Source: an uncultured Porphyromonas sp.
Lineage (GTDB): Bacteria > Bacteroidota > Bacteroidia > Bacteroidales > Porphyromonadaceae
DNA length: 64,000 bases
Assembly: GCF_900539765.1 (NCBI RefSeq)
Contig: NZ_UQDF01000002.1
Reading direction: 5' to 3' (one strand)
How positions within the stretch are numbered: the stretch's first letter is position 1; every line of letters starts with the position of its first letter. The notes under the pieces were generated by a model, which was not told where the DNA came from, ran no database searches, and worked only from the letters and a program-made list of their open reading frames with translations. Positions 50,111-60,384 of the stretch are shown here, one piece after another. The translations under genes and the position numbers were made by a program.

Positions 50111-50481
50111 ACGTTGAGAGGTTATATCTTAGTGTTTGGACAAAAATACAACAATTCGTGGATAGCGACTCATTACCCCTTCCCCAAAAGGACAACGTAC
50201 ATTCATCCACTAATGTAACTTTCCAAGGGTGGAAAGCGAGAGCGCCCTCGGAGGGGCTTGCCACCGCCCACCAATATGCTTGTCCGACAAGAGGAGACAA
50301 CACAGTATATTCCACTGATAAACAAGTAGCTAGAGCGAGCTGTCGAGACACTCTTTGGAAGCAACGGCCGAGATATTTCGCGCTAGATATACGTTCGTTG
50401 GTCGATTTTTATTACCTTAGCGACCGAATACCATTTCCGAGTAGTTTCTAGCAATACATGATTTCGACCCAATACAATGCG

Positions 50482-51480
50482 ATGATCACTGCCGTAGGTG
50501 CTTACCTACCAGAGGATCGACTGACTAATGCCGACCTAGAGCAGATGGTCGACACCACCGATGAGTGGATTATGACACGTGTAGGCATCAAGGAGCGCCG
50601 CATACTCAAGGACAAGAGCCTCGGTGCTTCCTACCTAGCTATCCAAGCTGTTCGCCAGATGTTGGAGCGTTGGAATATAGACCCACTTACCGTAGAGGGT
50701 GTCATACTAGCGACGAATACGGCCGACTATCACTTTCCATCTACCTCTTCGATCGTAGCCTTTGAGACTGGGTGTCGACACGCTTTTACGTTTGACATCA
50801 ACTCGGCCTGCCCTAGCTGGCTCTACGCTCTAGAGACTGGTGCAAACTTCATTCGCTCAGGACAGTACAAGCGACTGATCGTAGTGGCTACGGAGAAGAT
50901 GTCCGCAGCAATCGACTACACCGACCGCCAGACGAGTCCACTCTTTGGCGATGGTTCGGGATGCGTCTTATTGGAGCGTACGGAAGACACTTCGCTAGGC
51001 GTGCAGGATGCTCTCTTTAAGACCGACGGCAATGGGCGCTCGCACTTGATCATGAAGTCGGGCGGATCGGCTAGTCCCGCCACGGCGGAGACGGTCGCAC
51101 GCCGTGAGCACTTCGTCTATCAGGAGGGGCAGCATGTCTTTAAGAATGCAGTCCTCGATATGGCTCGTGTGAGCCGTGAGGTGATGAAGCGCAACCATCT
51201 GACCAACGATGATGTCGCTTGGGTCGTACCTCACCAAGCTAATATGCGTATCATCCAGGCGGTATCAGAGTATACCGATGTGCCGATGGACAAGGTGATG
51301 GTGACCATTCAGAAGTATGGCAACATATCCTCTGCGACGATACCTATCTGCCTCTGGGAGTATGAGCCTAAGCTCAAGAAGGGCGACAAGCTCATCCTAA
51401 GCTCCTTTGGTGCAGGGTACACGTGGGGAGCAGTATATCTAGTTTGGGGCTATGACGGAGCTACAGCACCTCGCCGGTAA
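50482..51480 (+). CDS. fabH: 3-oxoacyl-ACP synthase III
   Basis: ..ACPSWLYAL.. (active Cys), ..[11 protein letters not shown].. (His), ..[10 protein letters not shown].. (Asn). About 10-aa C-terminal extension overlaps era by 29 bp. Alternative upstream start at 50458. Confidence 0.8.
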   Translation: MITAVGAYLPEDRLTNADLEQMVDTTDEWIMTRVGIKERRILKDKSLGASYLAIQAVRQMLERWNIDPLTVEGVILATNTADYHFPSTSSIVAFETGCRHAFTFDINSACPSWLYALETGANFIRSGQYKRLIVVATEKMSAAIDYTDRQTSPLFGDGSGCVLLERTEDTSLGVQDALFKTDGNGRSHLIMKSGGSASPATAETVARREHFVYQEGQHVFKNAVLDMARVSREVMKRNHLTNDDVAWVVPHQANMRIIQAVSEYTDVPMDKVMVTIQKYGNISSATIPICLWEYEPKLKKGDKLILSSFGAGYTWGAVYLVWGYDGATAPRR

Positions 51481-52372
51481 GTCTCTGACAGAGGGCTACA
51501 AGAGCGGCTTCGTGAGCATCGTCGGCAACCCCAATGTAGGTAAGTCGACGCTGATGAACTACCTAGTCGGAGAGCGCATTTCGATCATCACGAGCAAGGC
51601 GCAGACGACGCGGCACCGCATCCTAGGCATCGTCAATAGCGACCATATGCAGGTGGTCTACAGTGATACGCCTGGTGTGCTACAGCCTAGCTACAAGCTA
51701 CAGGAGCGTATGCGTGCCTACTCGGAGCAAGCTCTAGAGGATGCCGACCTGCTACTCTACGTGACCGACACGATGGAGGAGCGAGACAAGCACCACGACT
51801 TTGTGGAGCGTGTACAGCGACTCTCCTGCCCGATCATTGTTGTCATTAATAAGGTAGACCTGACAGACCAGAAGCATCTGGAGGAGCTGGTCGATTACTG
51901 GCACAGCATCATTCCGCAGGCGGAGATTATCCCCGTGTCGGCACTGAGGCAGTTTAACTTAGCCCCGCTCAAAAAGCGCATCGAGGAGCTACTCCCCGTG
52001 TCGCCACCTTACTTCGAGCAGGACGCTCTGACCGATCGTCCAGCACGCTTTTTCGTCTCGGAAATTATCCGCGAGAAGGCGCTTCAGTACTATCACCAAG
52101 AGGTGCCGTACGCTGTGGAGGTAGTCGTGGAGGAGTTTGTAGAGAGTCCCGACCGAATCGATATGCGCTGCGTGATCCTCGTAGAGCGTGAGTCGCAAAA
52201 GGGAATCATCATCGGTCATAAAGGCTCTGCCATCAAGCGTCTAGGCATCTCGGCACGAAAGGATCTAGAGCGGTTCTTTGACAAGCATATCCACCTGACA
52301 CTATTGGTTCGTGTGGATAAAGATTGGCGTCAGAGCGATCAAGCATTGACACAGTTCGGCTATGACATATAG
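51452..52372 (+). CDS. era: GTPase Era
   Basis: G1 (GNPNVGKST), G3/G4 (..DTPG.., ..NKVD..) and KH domain C-terminus. 306 aa. Confidence 0.85.
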   Translation: MTELQHLAGKSLTEGYKSGFVSIVGNPNVGKSTLMNYLVGERISIITSKAQTTRHRILGIVNSDHMQVVYSDTPGVLQPSYKLQERMRAYSEQALEDADLLLYVTDTMEERDKHHDFVERVQRLSCPIIVVINKVDLTDQKHLEELVDYWHSIIPQAEIIPVSALRQFNLAPLKKRIEELLPVSPPYFEQDALTDRPARFFVSEIIREKALQYYHQEVPYAVEVVVEEFVESPDRIDMRCVILVERESQKGIIIGHKGSAIKRLGISARKDLERFFDKHIHLTLLVRVDKDWRQSDQALTQFGYDI

Positions 52373-52445
52373 CCGATGAGCAGCTTTTTGACGCACCTAT
52401 TTATATACTAAGCAGACTGACATAGTCTATAAGAGATATCAAGCT

Positions 52446-53756
52446 ATGAGTAATCTAGTAGCCATCGTAGGGCGCCCCAACGTGGGCAAGAGTACCCTCT
52501 TCAACCGTCTGACCCGCTCCCGCCAAGCGATCGTCACAGAGGAGGCGGGTACGACACGTGACCGACAATATGGTCACGTCACTTGGTGCGAGCGTACCTT
52601 TTCGATTGTAGACACTGGTGGATGGGTCTTGCGCAGTGATGATGTATTTGAGGAGGAGATCAATAAGCAGGTGCGCATAGCAGTCGAAGAGGCTGACCTG
52701 ATCCTCTTTGTCGTGGACATACTCAACGGCGTGACCGACCTAGACGACGAAATAGCTCTGATGCTCCGACAGACGAACAAGCCTGTCATTTTGGTGGCCA
52801 ACAAGGCGGACAACTTCACCCAGCACAACGACGCTGCGGAGTTTTACTCCCTAGGTCTTGGCGACCCCTACCCTATCTCTGCCATCAACGGCTCCTCAAC
52901 GGGCGATCTCCTAGATCATATCTTAGAGCTACTCCCTAAGGAGGGCAATCATGAGCCTCTCCTCGAGCTACCTCGCTTTGCCATCGTGGGCAGACCAAAT
53001 GCTGGTAAGTCTTCGCTTCTTAACGCGCTCATCGGTGAGGAGCGCAACATCGTCACCGACCGCTCTGGTACGACTCGTGACAGCATCTTTGCGGAGTACG
53101 ACAAGTTTAACCAGCACTTCTACCTCGTCGATACAGCGGGCATACGCAAGAAGGGCAAGGTCAACGAAGACCTCGAGTATTACTCGGTGATCCGTGCTAT
53201 CCGTGCTATCGAGAATGCCGATGTCTGCATCATGCTGATCGATGCTACGAGAGGTATAGAGGCTCAAGACGCCAACATCTTTCGTGTGATCCAGCGCAAC
53301 AACAAGGGGCTTGTCGTCTGCGTCAATAAGTGGGACCTCGTCGAGGACAAGAGTATGCCAGTGCAGCGCACTATGGAGGAGGCGATCCGTGCGCGGTTTG
53401 CCCCCTTTACCGACTTCCCTATTATTTTCATCTCAGCACTCAACAAGCAGCGCATCCTAAAGGTGATCGAGACGGCACAGCATGTCTACGATATGCGCTC
53501 GACACGTATCCCGACGCACCAGCTCAACCAAGTGCTACTGCCACTGATCGAAAAGACTCCTCCCCCCTCTATCAAAGGTAAGTACATCAAGATCAAATTC
53601 GTACAGCAACTCCCCACAGCGGTGCCGACCTTCGCTTTTTATGCCAACCTACCTCAATGGGTACGTGAGCCGTACAAGCGCTTTCTCGAAAACCAAATCC
53701 GCAAAAACTGGGACTTCTGCGGTACTCCGATCAACATCTTCCTCAGAGAGAAGTAG
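52446..53756 (+). CDS. der: ribosome-biogenesis GTPase Der (EngA), tandem GTPase
   Basis: Two G-domains (GRPNVGKST.. and GRPNAGKSS..) plus KH-like C-terminus. 436 aa. Confidence 0.9.
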   Translation: MSNLVAIVGRPNVGKSTLFNRLTRSRQAIVTEEAGTTRDRQYGHVTWCERTFSIVDTGGWVLRSDDVFEEEINKQVRIAVEEADLILFVVDILNGVTDLDDEIALMLRQTNKPVILVANKADNFTQHNDAAEFYSLGLGDPYPISAINGSSTGDLLDHILELLPKEGNHEPLLELPRFAIVGRPNAGKSSLLNALIGEERNIVTDRSGTTRDSIFAEYDKFNQHFYLVDTAGIRKKGKVNEDLEYYSVIRAIRAIENADVCIMLIDATRGIEAQDANIFRVIQRNNKGLVVCVNKWDLVEDKSMPVQRTMEEAIRARFAPFTDFPIIFISALNKQRILKVIETAQHVYDMRSTRIPTHQLNQVLLPLIEKTPPPSIKGKYIKIKFVQQLPTAVPTFAFYANLPQWVREPYKRFLENQIRKNWDFCGTPINIFLREK

Positions 53757-53786
53757 CCCTCCTCTTCACCATCTACCATAAATAAT

Positions 53787-54539
53787 ATGGAGCAAGCAAT
53801 AACTGCGTCAGATCATATTAAAAGGTATCTCATCATCCCCTCTGGAGGGTCGGGTGTTCGTATGGGAGCTGATCTGCCCAAGCAATACATCAAGCTGGGA
53901 GGCAAAACAATCCTTCAGCACACCATAGAGGCGCTAGCAAAGCATGTGGACTACATCGTCCTCGGCATATCGTATGAATACCGCATCATCGTCGAGGATA
54001 TGCTCCAAACGATGGGTCTTGCGGATCGTGTCCATCTGACTGTCGCTGGCAGAAAACGCTTCGATACCGTCCAAAGAGCTCTGCGTGTCGTTCCTGACGG
54101 AGTACTCGTTGGGATACACGATGCGGTACGACCTTTTGTCTCTGGAGCGGTCGTGGACAAATGCTACGAAGAGGCTCAACGAGTGGGAGCCGCTGTGCCT
54201 GTACTACAGCTCACGGAGAGCTTGCGCTATCTACCCGAAGAGGATGCAGAGCAGCAACCTTCGCAAGCAACAAACCGTAGTCACTACCGCTTGGTGCGTA
54301 CGCCTCAGGTCTTTTGGTCCGAGCGTATCAAGGAGGCTTACCAGCAACCCTTTCAGGAGAGCTTCACCGATGACTGCTCCGTCTATGACCAGCTCTACAG
54401 CGATCTTGCCTTAGTACCTGACAATACGGAGAATATCAAGATCACCACTCCTGACCAGCTTTACTGGGGCGAGCATCTCCTGACCACATCTCGTCAAGAG
54501 CGTCTACGCCTCACCGAGAGACTGCTCTCGAGTAGATAG
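53787..54539 (+). CDS. ispD: 2-C-methyl-D-erythritol 4-phosphate cytidylyltransferase
   Basis: ..YLIIPSGGSGVRMGADLPKQYIKLGGK.. IspD N-terminal signature. 250 aa. Confidence 0.8.
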   Translation: MEQAITASDHIKRYLIIPSGGSGVRMGADLPKQYIKLGGKTILQHTIEALAKHVDYIVLGISYEYRIIVEDMLQTMGLADRVHLTVAGRKRFDTVQRALRVVPDGVLVGIHDAVRPFVSGAVVDKCYEEAQRVGAAVPVLQLTESLRYLPEEDAEQQPSQATNRSHYRLVRTPQVFWSERIKEAYQQPFQESFTDDCSVYDQLYSDLALVPDNTENIKITTPDQLYWGEHLLTTSRQERLRLTERLLSSR

Positions 54540-54564
54540 GCTGTCCCTCTCTGTCCATACTGCT

Positions 54565-56658
54565 ATGAGCTTCTTGACCACACCCCTAGCAGATCTCCCT
54601 GGACTGGGAACCAAGCGGGCGCAGCTAATAGCCGAAGAGCTGGATCTACACACCTATCGGGATCTGCTCTACTACATCCCCTACCGCTACGCCGATCGTC
54701 GGGTCATCTACCCTATAGGCTCGCTTATGCCCTCTATGTCGGAGGTACAAGTCGAGGGGATTTTACAGCCCTTTAGCGCACCCTCGCTGGGACGCAAGAG
54801 CAGCCTGTCGGCACGCCTTATGGACGACACAGGAGAGTTGCTATTGGTTTGGTTCAAAGGGTACAACTACATACAGCGCTCACTCACCCCTGGCTGCAAA
54901 TATATCGTCTACGGCAAGCTACAGCTTTTCAACAATCAACTGCAGATCACACACCCAGAGATCAAACCCGCAGACAAGCCAAACCCATCCGTCGGCGGGT
55001 ACCAACCGATCTACCGAACTACTGAGCGGCTCAAGCGTGCCCGCATCGACTCCGCTTTCTTAGGACGCTACATCGACCAACTCCTCCAGAGTCCTTACTT
55101 CTCCATCCCCGAGACGCTCTCCGAGCCTCTCATAGCGCACCGTCATCTAGCACCTCTCCAGACTGCTATCAGGTGGATTCATCACCCGCAGAGTGTCGAG
55201 CAGGCTCAGGTTGCTAAGTTTAGACTGAAGTACGACGAACTCTTTTACCTCAACCTCTATCTGCGTCGCCTAGCCGTCATGCAGCGCATGCGCTACGAAG
55301 GCTACCGACTAGATCAGGTGGGCAAGCTCTTCAACGGCCTATACCACGCACTACCTTACGACCTCACTGGAGCGCAAAAGCGGGTCCTCCGTGAGATACG
55401 TCAGGACACACTCTCGGGTACACAGATGAACCGCCTCATACAGGGTGATGTGGGCAGTGGCAAAACCCTCGTTGCACTCTTTGCCATGCTCCTAGCCGTA
55501 GACAACGGCTACCAAGCCTGCATGCTCGCCCCGACGGAGATCCTAGCACAGCAACACTACGAGACCATCTCCGAGTTCGTCGAGGGGCTGAATGTCTCCA
55601 TAGCACTCCTCACGGGGAGTAGCAAGACAAGAGAGCGACGTGAGACCTTGTCGGCACTAGCCGATGGCTCTCTCTCCATCTTGATCGGCACGCACGCTAT
55701 ATTAGAGGAGCGGGTTGCCTTTCGCAAGCTCGGTATGGCCGTCATCGATGAGCAGCACCGCTTTGGCGTAGCCCAGCGCTCCAAGCTCTGGGGCAAGAAT
55801 GTGCTGACACTCCCCCACATACTCGTCATGAGTGCCACCCCGATACCCCGCACCCTAGCCATGACCATGTATGGCGACCTCGAGGTCTCGGTCATAGACG
55901 AGATGCCCCCCGGACGCAAACCGATCACGACCGTCCAGATAGCAGAAAAGAAGAAAGAAACACTCTACAGCCTCATCAACGAAACGATCAATCGTGGACA
56001 GCAAATCTATGTCGTTTTCCCTATGATCGAAGGAACGGAGGAGTCTGACTTTGCCAATCTAGAGGTAGGCTACAAGGAGTACGTAGAGCGCTTTGGCGAG
56101 CAGCGAGTCGTCTACGTTCACGGACGTCTCAGCGCCGAGGACAAGGCGGAGCAGATGGAGCGGTTTGCCTCGGGAGAGGTACCGATACTCCTAGCCACGA
56201 CGGTCATCGAGGTGGGTGTCAACGTGCCAAACGCTACGGTCATGGTGATCAACGATGCGCAGCGCTTCGGACTGGCACAGCTACACCAGCTACGGGGACG
56301 TGTGGGACGTGGTGGCGACAAGAGCTACTGCATCCTCGTCACGCCCGACGACCTGCAGGGCGATGCCAAGCAACGCATCGACACGATGGTCGCCACGCAG
56401 GATGGATTTAAGATAGCCGAGGAGGATATGCGCCTACGAGGCTTCGGACAGATGGAGGGGACACGACAGAGCGGTACTCTAGCGGGCATCCGCATAGCTG
56501 ACCCCGTGGCAGACTACAATCTCCTCGCTCTCACACGACTAGATGTCAACTACCTCCTCGACTACAGCCCACTCCTCGACAAGCCCGACACAGAGCTCTA
56601 CCGCATCAACCTCGAGCGCATCCACCCCAACGCCCACCACTGGGGACAAATCAGCTAA
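54565..56658 (+). CDS. recG: ATP-dependent DNA helicase RecG
   Basis: Wedge domain then SF2 helicase motifs (..GDVGSGKT.., ..DEQHRFG.., ..MSATPIPRT.., ..QLHQLRGRVGRG..). 697 aa. Confidence 0.9.
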   Translation: MSFLTTPLADLPGLGTKRAQLIAEELDLHTYRDLLYYIPYRYADRRVIYPIGSLMPSMSEVQVEGILQPFSAPSLGRKSSLSARLMDDTGELLLVWFKGYNYIQRSLTPGCKYIVYGKLQLFNNQLQITHPEIKPADKPNPSVGGYQPIYRTTERLKRARIDSAFLGRYIDQLLQSPYFSIPETLSEPLIAHRHLAPLQTAIRWIHHPQSVEQAQVAKFRLKYDELFYLNLYLRRLAVMQRMRYEGYRLDQVGKLFNGLYHALPYDLTGAQKRVLREIRQDTLSGTQMNRLIQGDVGSGKTLVALFAMLLAVDNGYQACMLAPTEILAQQHYETISEFVEGLNVSIALLTGSSKTRERRETLSALADGSLSILIGTHAILEERVAFRKLGMAVIDEQHRFGVAQRSKLWGKNVLTLPHILVMSATPIPRTLAMTMYGDLEVSVIDEMPPGRKPITTVQIAEKKKETLYSLINETINRGQQIYVVFPMIEGTEESDFANLEVGYKEYVERFGEQRVVYVHGRLSAEDKAEQMERFASGEVPILLATTVIEVGVNVPNATVMVINDAQRFGLAQLHQLRGRVGRGGDKSYCILVTPDDLQGDAKQRIDTMVATQDGFKIAEEDMRLRGFGQMEGTRQSGTLAGIRIADPVADYNLLALTRLDVNYLLDYSPLLDKPDTELYRINLERIHPNAHHWGQIS

Positions 56659-56917
56659 TCCCCCGTCCCGCTCCCCTTCAAGGTCCTTTTCCTGCTTCCC
56701 CTCAAGGTGCTTAGGATGCCAATCGAGAGCAAAGCCTAATTAATCGACTCTGCAAAGGTAATATAGGAGACTACAAAGCGTGAACTCTGATGCGCTGAGC
56801 GTCTCTCTGTAGTCTCCAAACGTCTCAACAGAGCGTAAAGGAGCGCGACACGACAAACGAGTCCTGTCAATCTTCTATATTATGCGCACCATCGCTGATG
56901 CGAGTCCGAGCTTGCTA

Positions 56918-57885
56918 CTACTCAGTAGCTCGTCCTAGTAACGTGTCTACATCCTTCTGGATATCGCGCAAGGCAGCCCACAGACGCTCTGGAACAATAG
57001 ATATGTCCCAATTCTTATCGGTGGCATCACCTAGATGGCCTCCCATCATGCAGCAGGCCTCCTCCTCTTGCTCAGCGGTGAAGAGATGGAGCTCGCCAGC
57101 AACTGATCCTCTTCGATCGGGCAGCCCGTCCACCAGCCTACGCGCTTGCTCGTTATCAAGAGCAGTCCCGTCGAAGCGGACGACACGTAGGTTAGGACAA
57201 TCCACAATCCAAATAGACCCCAACTTACTGTCTCTAGCATCCACCTCCTCCAAGGCTTCACAGCCACAGATGTCCAACTCTTCCAAAGTTTTGCTCGGAC
57301 AGTGCAGGCTCTTTAGCTGCTTACAGCTTTGCACCATGAGTCTACTGAGTGGGCTCTCAGGGAGCTTTAGCATCGCCAGCTCCTTGTTGCCACTGCAGAG
57401 TAACTCCCTTAGATCAGAGCAAGCTGTCAGATCCAAGCTAGTCAGCTGAGTGTCCATACAGTTAATCTCTTTTAGATTAACACAGTGCGACAGGTCTAGG
57501 CTGGTCAATTGGTTGTTATGACAATCTAGCTGTGTCAAGGCAGCATTCTTAGAGAGGTCCAAGCTCGTTAGCTTATTACCATGGCAATATAGCTTTTCAG
57601 GTTGACAGAGTGCGAGACATCCAGGCTTACGATACTATTGTCGCCATACGTGCCACAATTGAAGCTTGTCAGCTCCCCACGGATGACCACCTCCGAGGAG
57701 GTCAACGTGTAGTGATAATACACACCACCCGTCTTGGGAGACTCAGCAACGCCCTCAACGGTGACCTCCCCTACGGTCCTCAGTCCGAGGCAAAGTTTTC
57801 CTGAGCCTGTTGCATTATCCACGCTCAGCCGTATGATAGATTGCTCTGCTGCTTGAGAAGAGAGATTAGCGTCTTTAATATTCAT
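56918..57885 (-). pseudogene. leucine-rich-repeat protein disrupted by a frameshift (two ORFs 57568-57885 and 56918-57562)
   Basis: Upstream ORF ends ..SLDVSHSVNLKSYIAMVIS*. The adjacent frame continues the same LRR register (..GNKLTSLDLSKNAALTQLDCHNNQLTSLDLSHCVNLKEINC..). A single-nt indel near 57575-57590 would restore one ~320-aa LRR protein. The downstream ORF begins with a non-ATG start in the supplied track. Confidence 0.55.
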
Positions 57886-57917
57886 CTGTTTATTCCTCTA
57901 TTATGGTTTGTGCTTGT

Positions 57918-58901
57918 CTATAGCTTACGCCAGTGATCGATCATGGCGGTTAGGAACTTCTTGCGCTGAGGATCTGCAATACTTGCAAAGGGTGCAGCAC
58001 CGATGTCCTTTAGAGCTTTTGCAAACTGCTCATCAATCTTTTTTTCCCGGCTCTTATCTCCTTTTATAGGAGGCGTTGGTTTGACATGGTTAATGAGCAT
58101 CTTATACTCACCCTCGGTCAGCAGGAGTGAGAAGTTGCCACCTTCCAGCTTGCCCATCCACCATAGGTAAGCATCTAGTATGTCAAACTGTTGTAGACCA
58201 CAGAATAGAGCTGTAGATCCCTTGCCAAAGATCACCTCTCTCAGCTCATTGAGTGCTGAGATATACTCTCCGATGCTTCCGTATTCTAGCACCTGTTTTT
58301 GTTGGGGCTTTAGTCCCATAGCGCTCATCACCTTACGATATGACTCCCTAGCTAGTCTGTCATATATCGGGAAGCCGAGCGGGTATCTCTTCGTATCCAT
58401 CAGCATGCAGTAGTAGGCATACTTGCTAATGAGGGACTTGAGGGTGGCCCCTGGCGTCCCAATCTTCTGAATCCCATACGATGCCTCAAAGATATTCTTA
58501 CCTATGGTCGTTGGCTTACCTAGGTTTTGCAAAACGATGTCATAAAAGTAGTCATTGGGCAACTTTCCACTCTTACCAGCGAACTGCGTGGTCTCATGAA
58601 TAATCCTCTCCGCCAGCTGCTCCAGCGAGAAGTAACTATAGGCGGCATTCGTAGAGTAGTAAGAGTTGAGGACTACAAGACGCAGGAGTATATGCTCCTG
58701 AACATGACTATGACCCGGTCCCTGACCTTGATCTAGCCCCTGACCCTGTCCTTGAACTCCTTTTCCACTGAAGAGTCTCGATATGATCGCCCGCTGATTA
58801 TTGTACGGGAGACCTTTCGTATCGATCTTTCCTTTATTCGCTGTGATAGTCTGCGCTAGGAGCGTCATGACCTCTCTAATCTCTGAAGCAGTTATTGCCA
58901 T
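57918..58901 (-). CDS. hypothetical protein, 327 aa, no recognisable domain (orphan in a lower-GC islet)
   Basis: Coding-like ORF with a Gly/Gln-rich low-complexity linker (GKGVQGQGQGLDQGQGPGHSH). Local GC is lower than neighbouring housekeeping genes. Confidence 0.5.
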   Translation of the reverse strand: MAITASEIREVMTLLAQTITANKGKIDTKGLPYNNQRAIISRLFSGKGVQGQGQGLDQGQGPGHSHVQEHILLRLVVLNSYYSTNAAYSYFSLEQLAERIIHETTQFAGKSGKLPNDYFYDIVLQNLGKPTTIGKNIFEASYGIQKIGTPGATLKSLISKYAYYCMLMDTKRYPLGFPIYDRLARESYRKVMSAMGLKPQQKQVLEYGSIGEYISALNELREVIFGKGSTALFCGLQQFDILDAYLWWMGKLEGGNFSLLLTEGEYKMLINHVKPTPPIKGDKSREKKIDEQFAKALKDIGAAPFASIADPQRKKFLTAMIDHWRKL

Positions 58902-59040
58902 TTCGATTCTGTATTAAAGATGAATGTAATAGTGTCGTGTGGAGCGGCTAGCTTATGGGCATATCACTCTTCTTTGGGTGGGGTAGCCTCATGAGACACG
59001 CCCCCTAGTACGTGGACGGTCTCATGTGAGTCTCCTTTGC

Positions 59041-59505
59041 TTAACCATAAGAGTTTGCTGTTGCGTCTGAAGCCCTAGAGCCTCTCGGCGTCTGGAGGAT
59101 CTTGTCCGCCTTCTCCTTGTTCTCCAAGAGGTGGTCGACCAACTTCGATCCTAAGGTCTGGGTGTTCCAAGACTCATCATAAGGGAAGCCCATCTTATCT
59201 GAGATTATGCGGAGTTCCTCTTTGACATTCCCGTGCCCACACTCCTTGTAGATCTCGATCTGTTGGGTAGGTAGCCTTTTAACTACGAGATCTCCGAAGT
59301 GAGCCTCCTTGCCATCGCCAAACTCCTTAACGAGCCTGCGACCGAGGTCTCGCATATTCCACTTCTCATCTACGGGGAAGTCCTTCTCTTTTGCAATACC
59401 GCGCATAGTCTGGTAGAGGTTACTAGGTACGCACAAGACATCTACATGTCCATTGTCGGCGATCTCGATGATATACTCGCCTGCGATTACTGATTTTCTA
59501 GCCAT
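59041..59505 (-). CDS. hypothetical protein, 154 aa, with internal tandem duplication of a ~35-aa module
   Basis: IAKEKDFPVDEKWNMRDLGRRLVKEFG and ISDKMGFPYDESWNTQTLGSKLVDHLL align as a duplicated motif [IS]..K..FP.DE.WN...LG..LV. No known domain recognised. Confidence 0.5.
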   Translation of the reverse strand: MARKSVIAGEYIIEIADNGHVDVLCVPSNLYQTMRGIAKEKDFPVDEKWNMRDLGRRLVKEFGDGKEAHFGDLVVKRLPTQQIEIYKECGHGNVKEELRIISDKMGFPYDESWNTQTLGSKLVDHLLENKEKADKILQTPRGSRASDATANSYG

Positions 59506-59659
59506 TTGGTTTTAGTGTTATTAAGATGAATATTCATTGTTGATTAATCGGTAAGTCTTACTCCTATTATTATATATAGGAAAAAAGCACCGCTTATATA
59601 AGTCTCTCGGCACACGCTCCGCCTGCACTGATGCCCTCCTCGTATGAGGATACGACAAA

Positions 59660-59690
59660 GGGAGACTATTGCAAAAGTCAACAGTCTCCC
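59660..59690. repeat. GGGAGACT-N15-AGTCTCCC conserved-loop hairpin (left copy of an inverted pair)
   Basis: gggagactattgcaaaagtcaacagtctccc, followed by a second palindrome caatcttgcaagcaagattg. Confidence 0.6.
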
Positions 59691-59854
59691 AATCTTGCAA
59701 GCAAGATTGTCTAGACTTTGCAGAAAGGATGAAGCGCAAGACGCCGAGGGTGAGGTCTGAAGGGAACATACCTCCGTATGTGACCGAAGCCGAATCCCGA
59801 AAGCAACACAGCGATTCGCCTTTATGCAACAGTCCCAAAGGGGCTGGTGCGGAG

Positions 59855-59960
59855 CGAAGCTCGGCACAAGCGCATAGGGTGCGACCATCGGGGCGGACGC
59901 TTGTTGCGTCAGCCTGCGAGTCGTCTGATAAGAATGATGAACCGCCCCTGTACAGCCGCC
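59855..59960. repeat. family-3-like GC-rich hairpin repeat inside the gene-free region
   Basis: ggggcggacgcttgttgcgtcagcc .. ccgcccctgtacagcc shares the GGGCGGAC/GTCCGCCC and GGACGC..GCGTC motifs with loci at 4.1, 17.6 and 60.4 kb. Confidence 0.35.
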
Positions 59961-60275
59961 TAGAAGGCGCCCTGCGCGTTTTCGGGGGGGGATGGCAAAA
60001 CGCTCGCCGTCAGCGAGATGCGACGGCAGAGAGGCTCTGAAATGGCTCTACATCCATGTATAGACGTAGGGTGGAGAGGGTTGATTTCACCACAATGATA
60101 TGTAGTGAAGCAGTCTCTCTGAGACCTAGCGGTACTATAGTGATAAATAGTACCAGCTCTTTCGATACTATACGCAGTCAGAGCCATGTGGGCTGTCACT
60201 GTTTGTTACTTTTCTGTTGAGAGGGGGGCCTCTCGTAGGTAATGTTCTGCACAAAGATAAAACTTTATTTCAAGT

Positions 60276-60327
60276 CGTGCAAGAGAGGAGAGATTAGATG
60301 TTAGAGATTAGAAATTAGAGGTTAGAA
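60276..60327. repeat. degenerate heptamer tandem array (GANRTTA)x7
   Basis: gagattagatgttagagattagaaattagaggttagaagttagagcgag. Confidence 0.6.
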
Positions 60328-60384
60328 GTTAGAGCGAGACGTGTAGCCCGTATAGTGATGCACAGATAGTGTCTAGCGAGAGGA

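Noticed and set aside
59669-60040. ORFs beginning MQKSTVS.. (59669-60040 + and 60329-60712 -)
   Set aside because: The shared N-terminus is simply the conserved hairpin loop TTGCAAAAGTCAACAGTCTC translated from an alternative TTG start. The remainder has no coding signal.
59700-60060. GC-rich roughly 350-bp ORF-free stretch inside a lower-GC island, considered as a structured ncRNA (RNase P RNA, tmRNA, SRP RNA or a riboswitch leader of the 154-aa gene)
   Set aside because: I could not find the diagnostic motifs: no GGAAAGUCCGG P4 strand, no tRNA-like 3' end with GGUUCGA(A/U)UCC..CCA, and no SRP GGUCCGGAAGGAAGCAGCC. The GC richness is explained by family-3 GGGCGGAC/GTCCGCCC hairpin repeats. 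A covariance-model scan (Infernal/Rfam) would be the decisive test.
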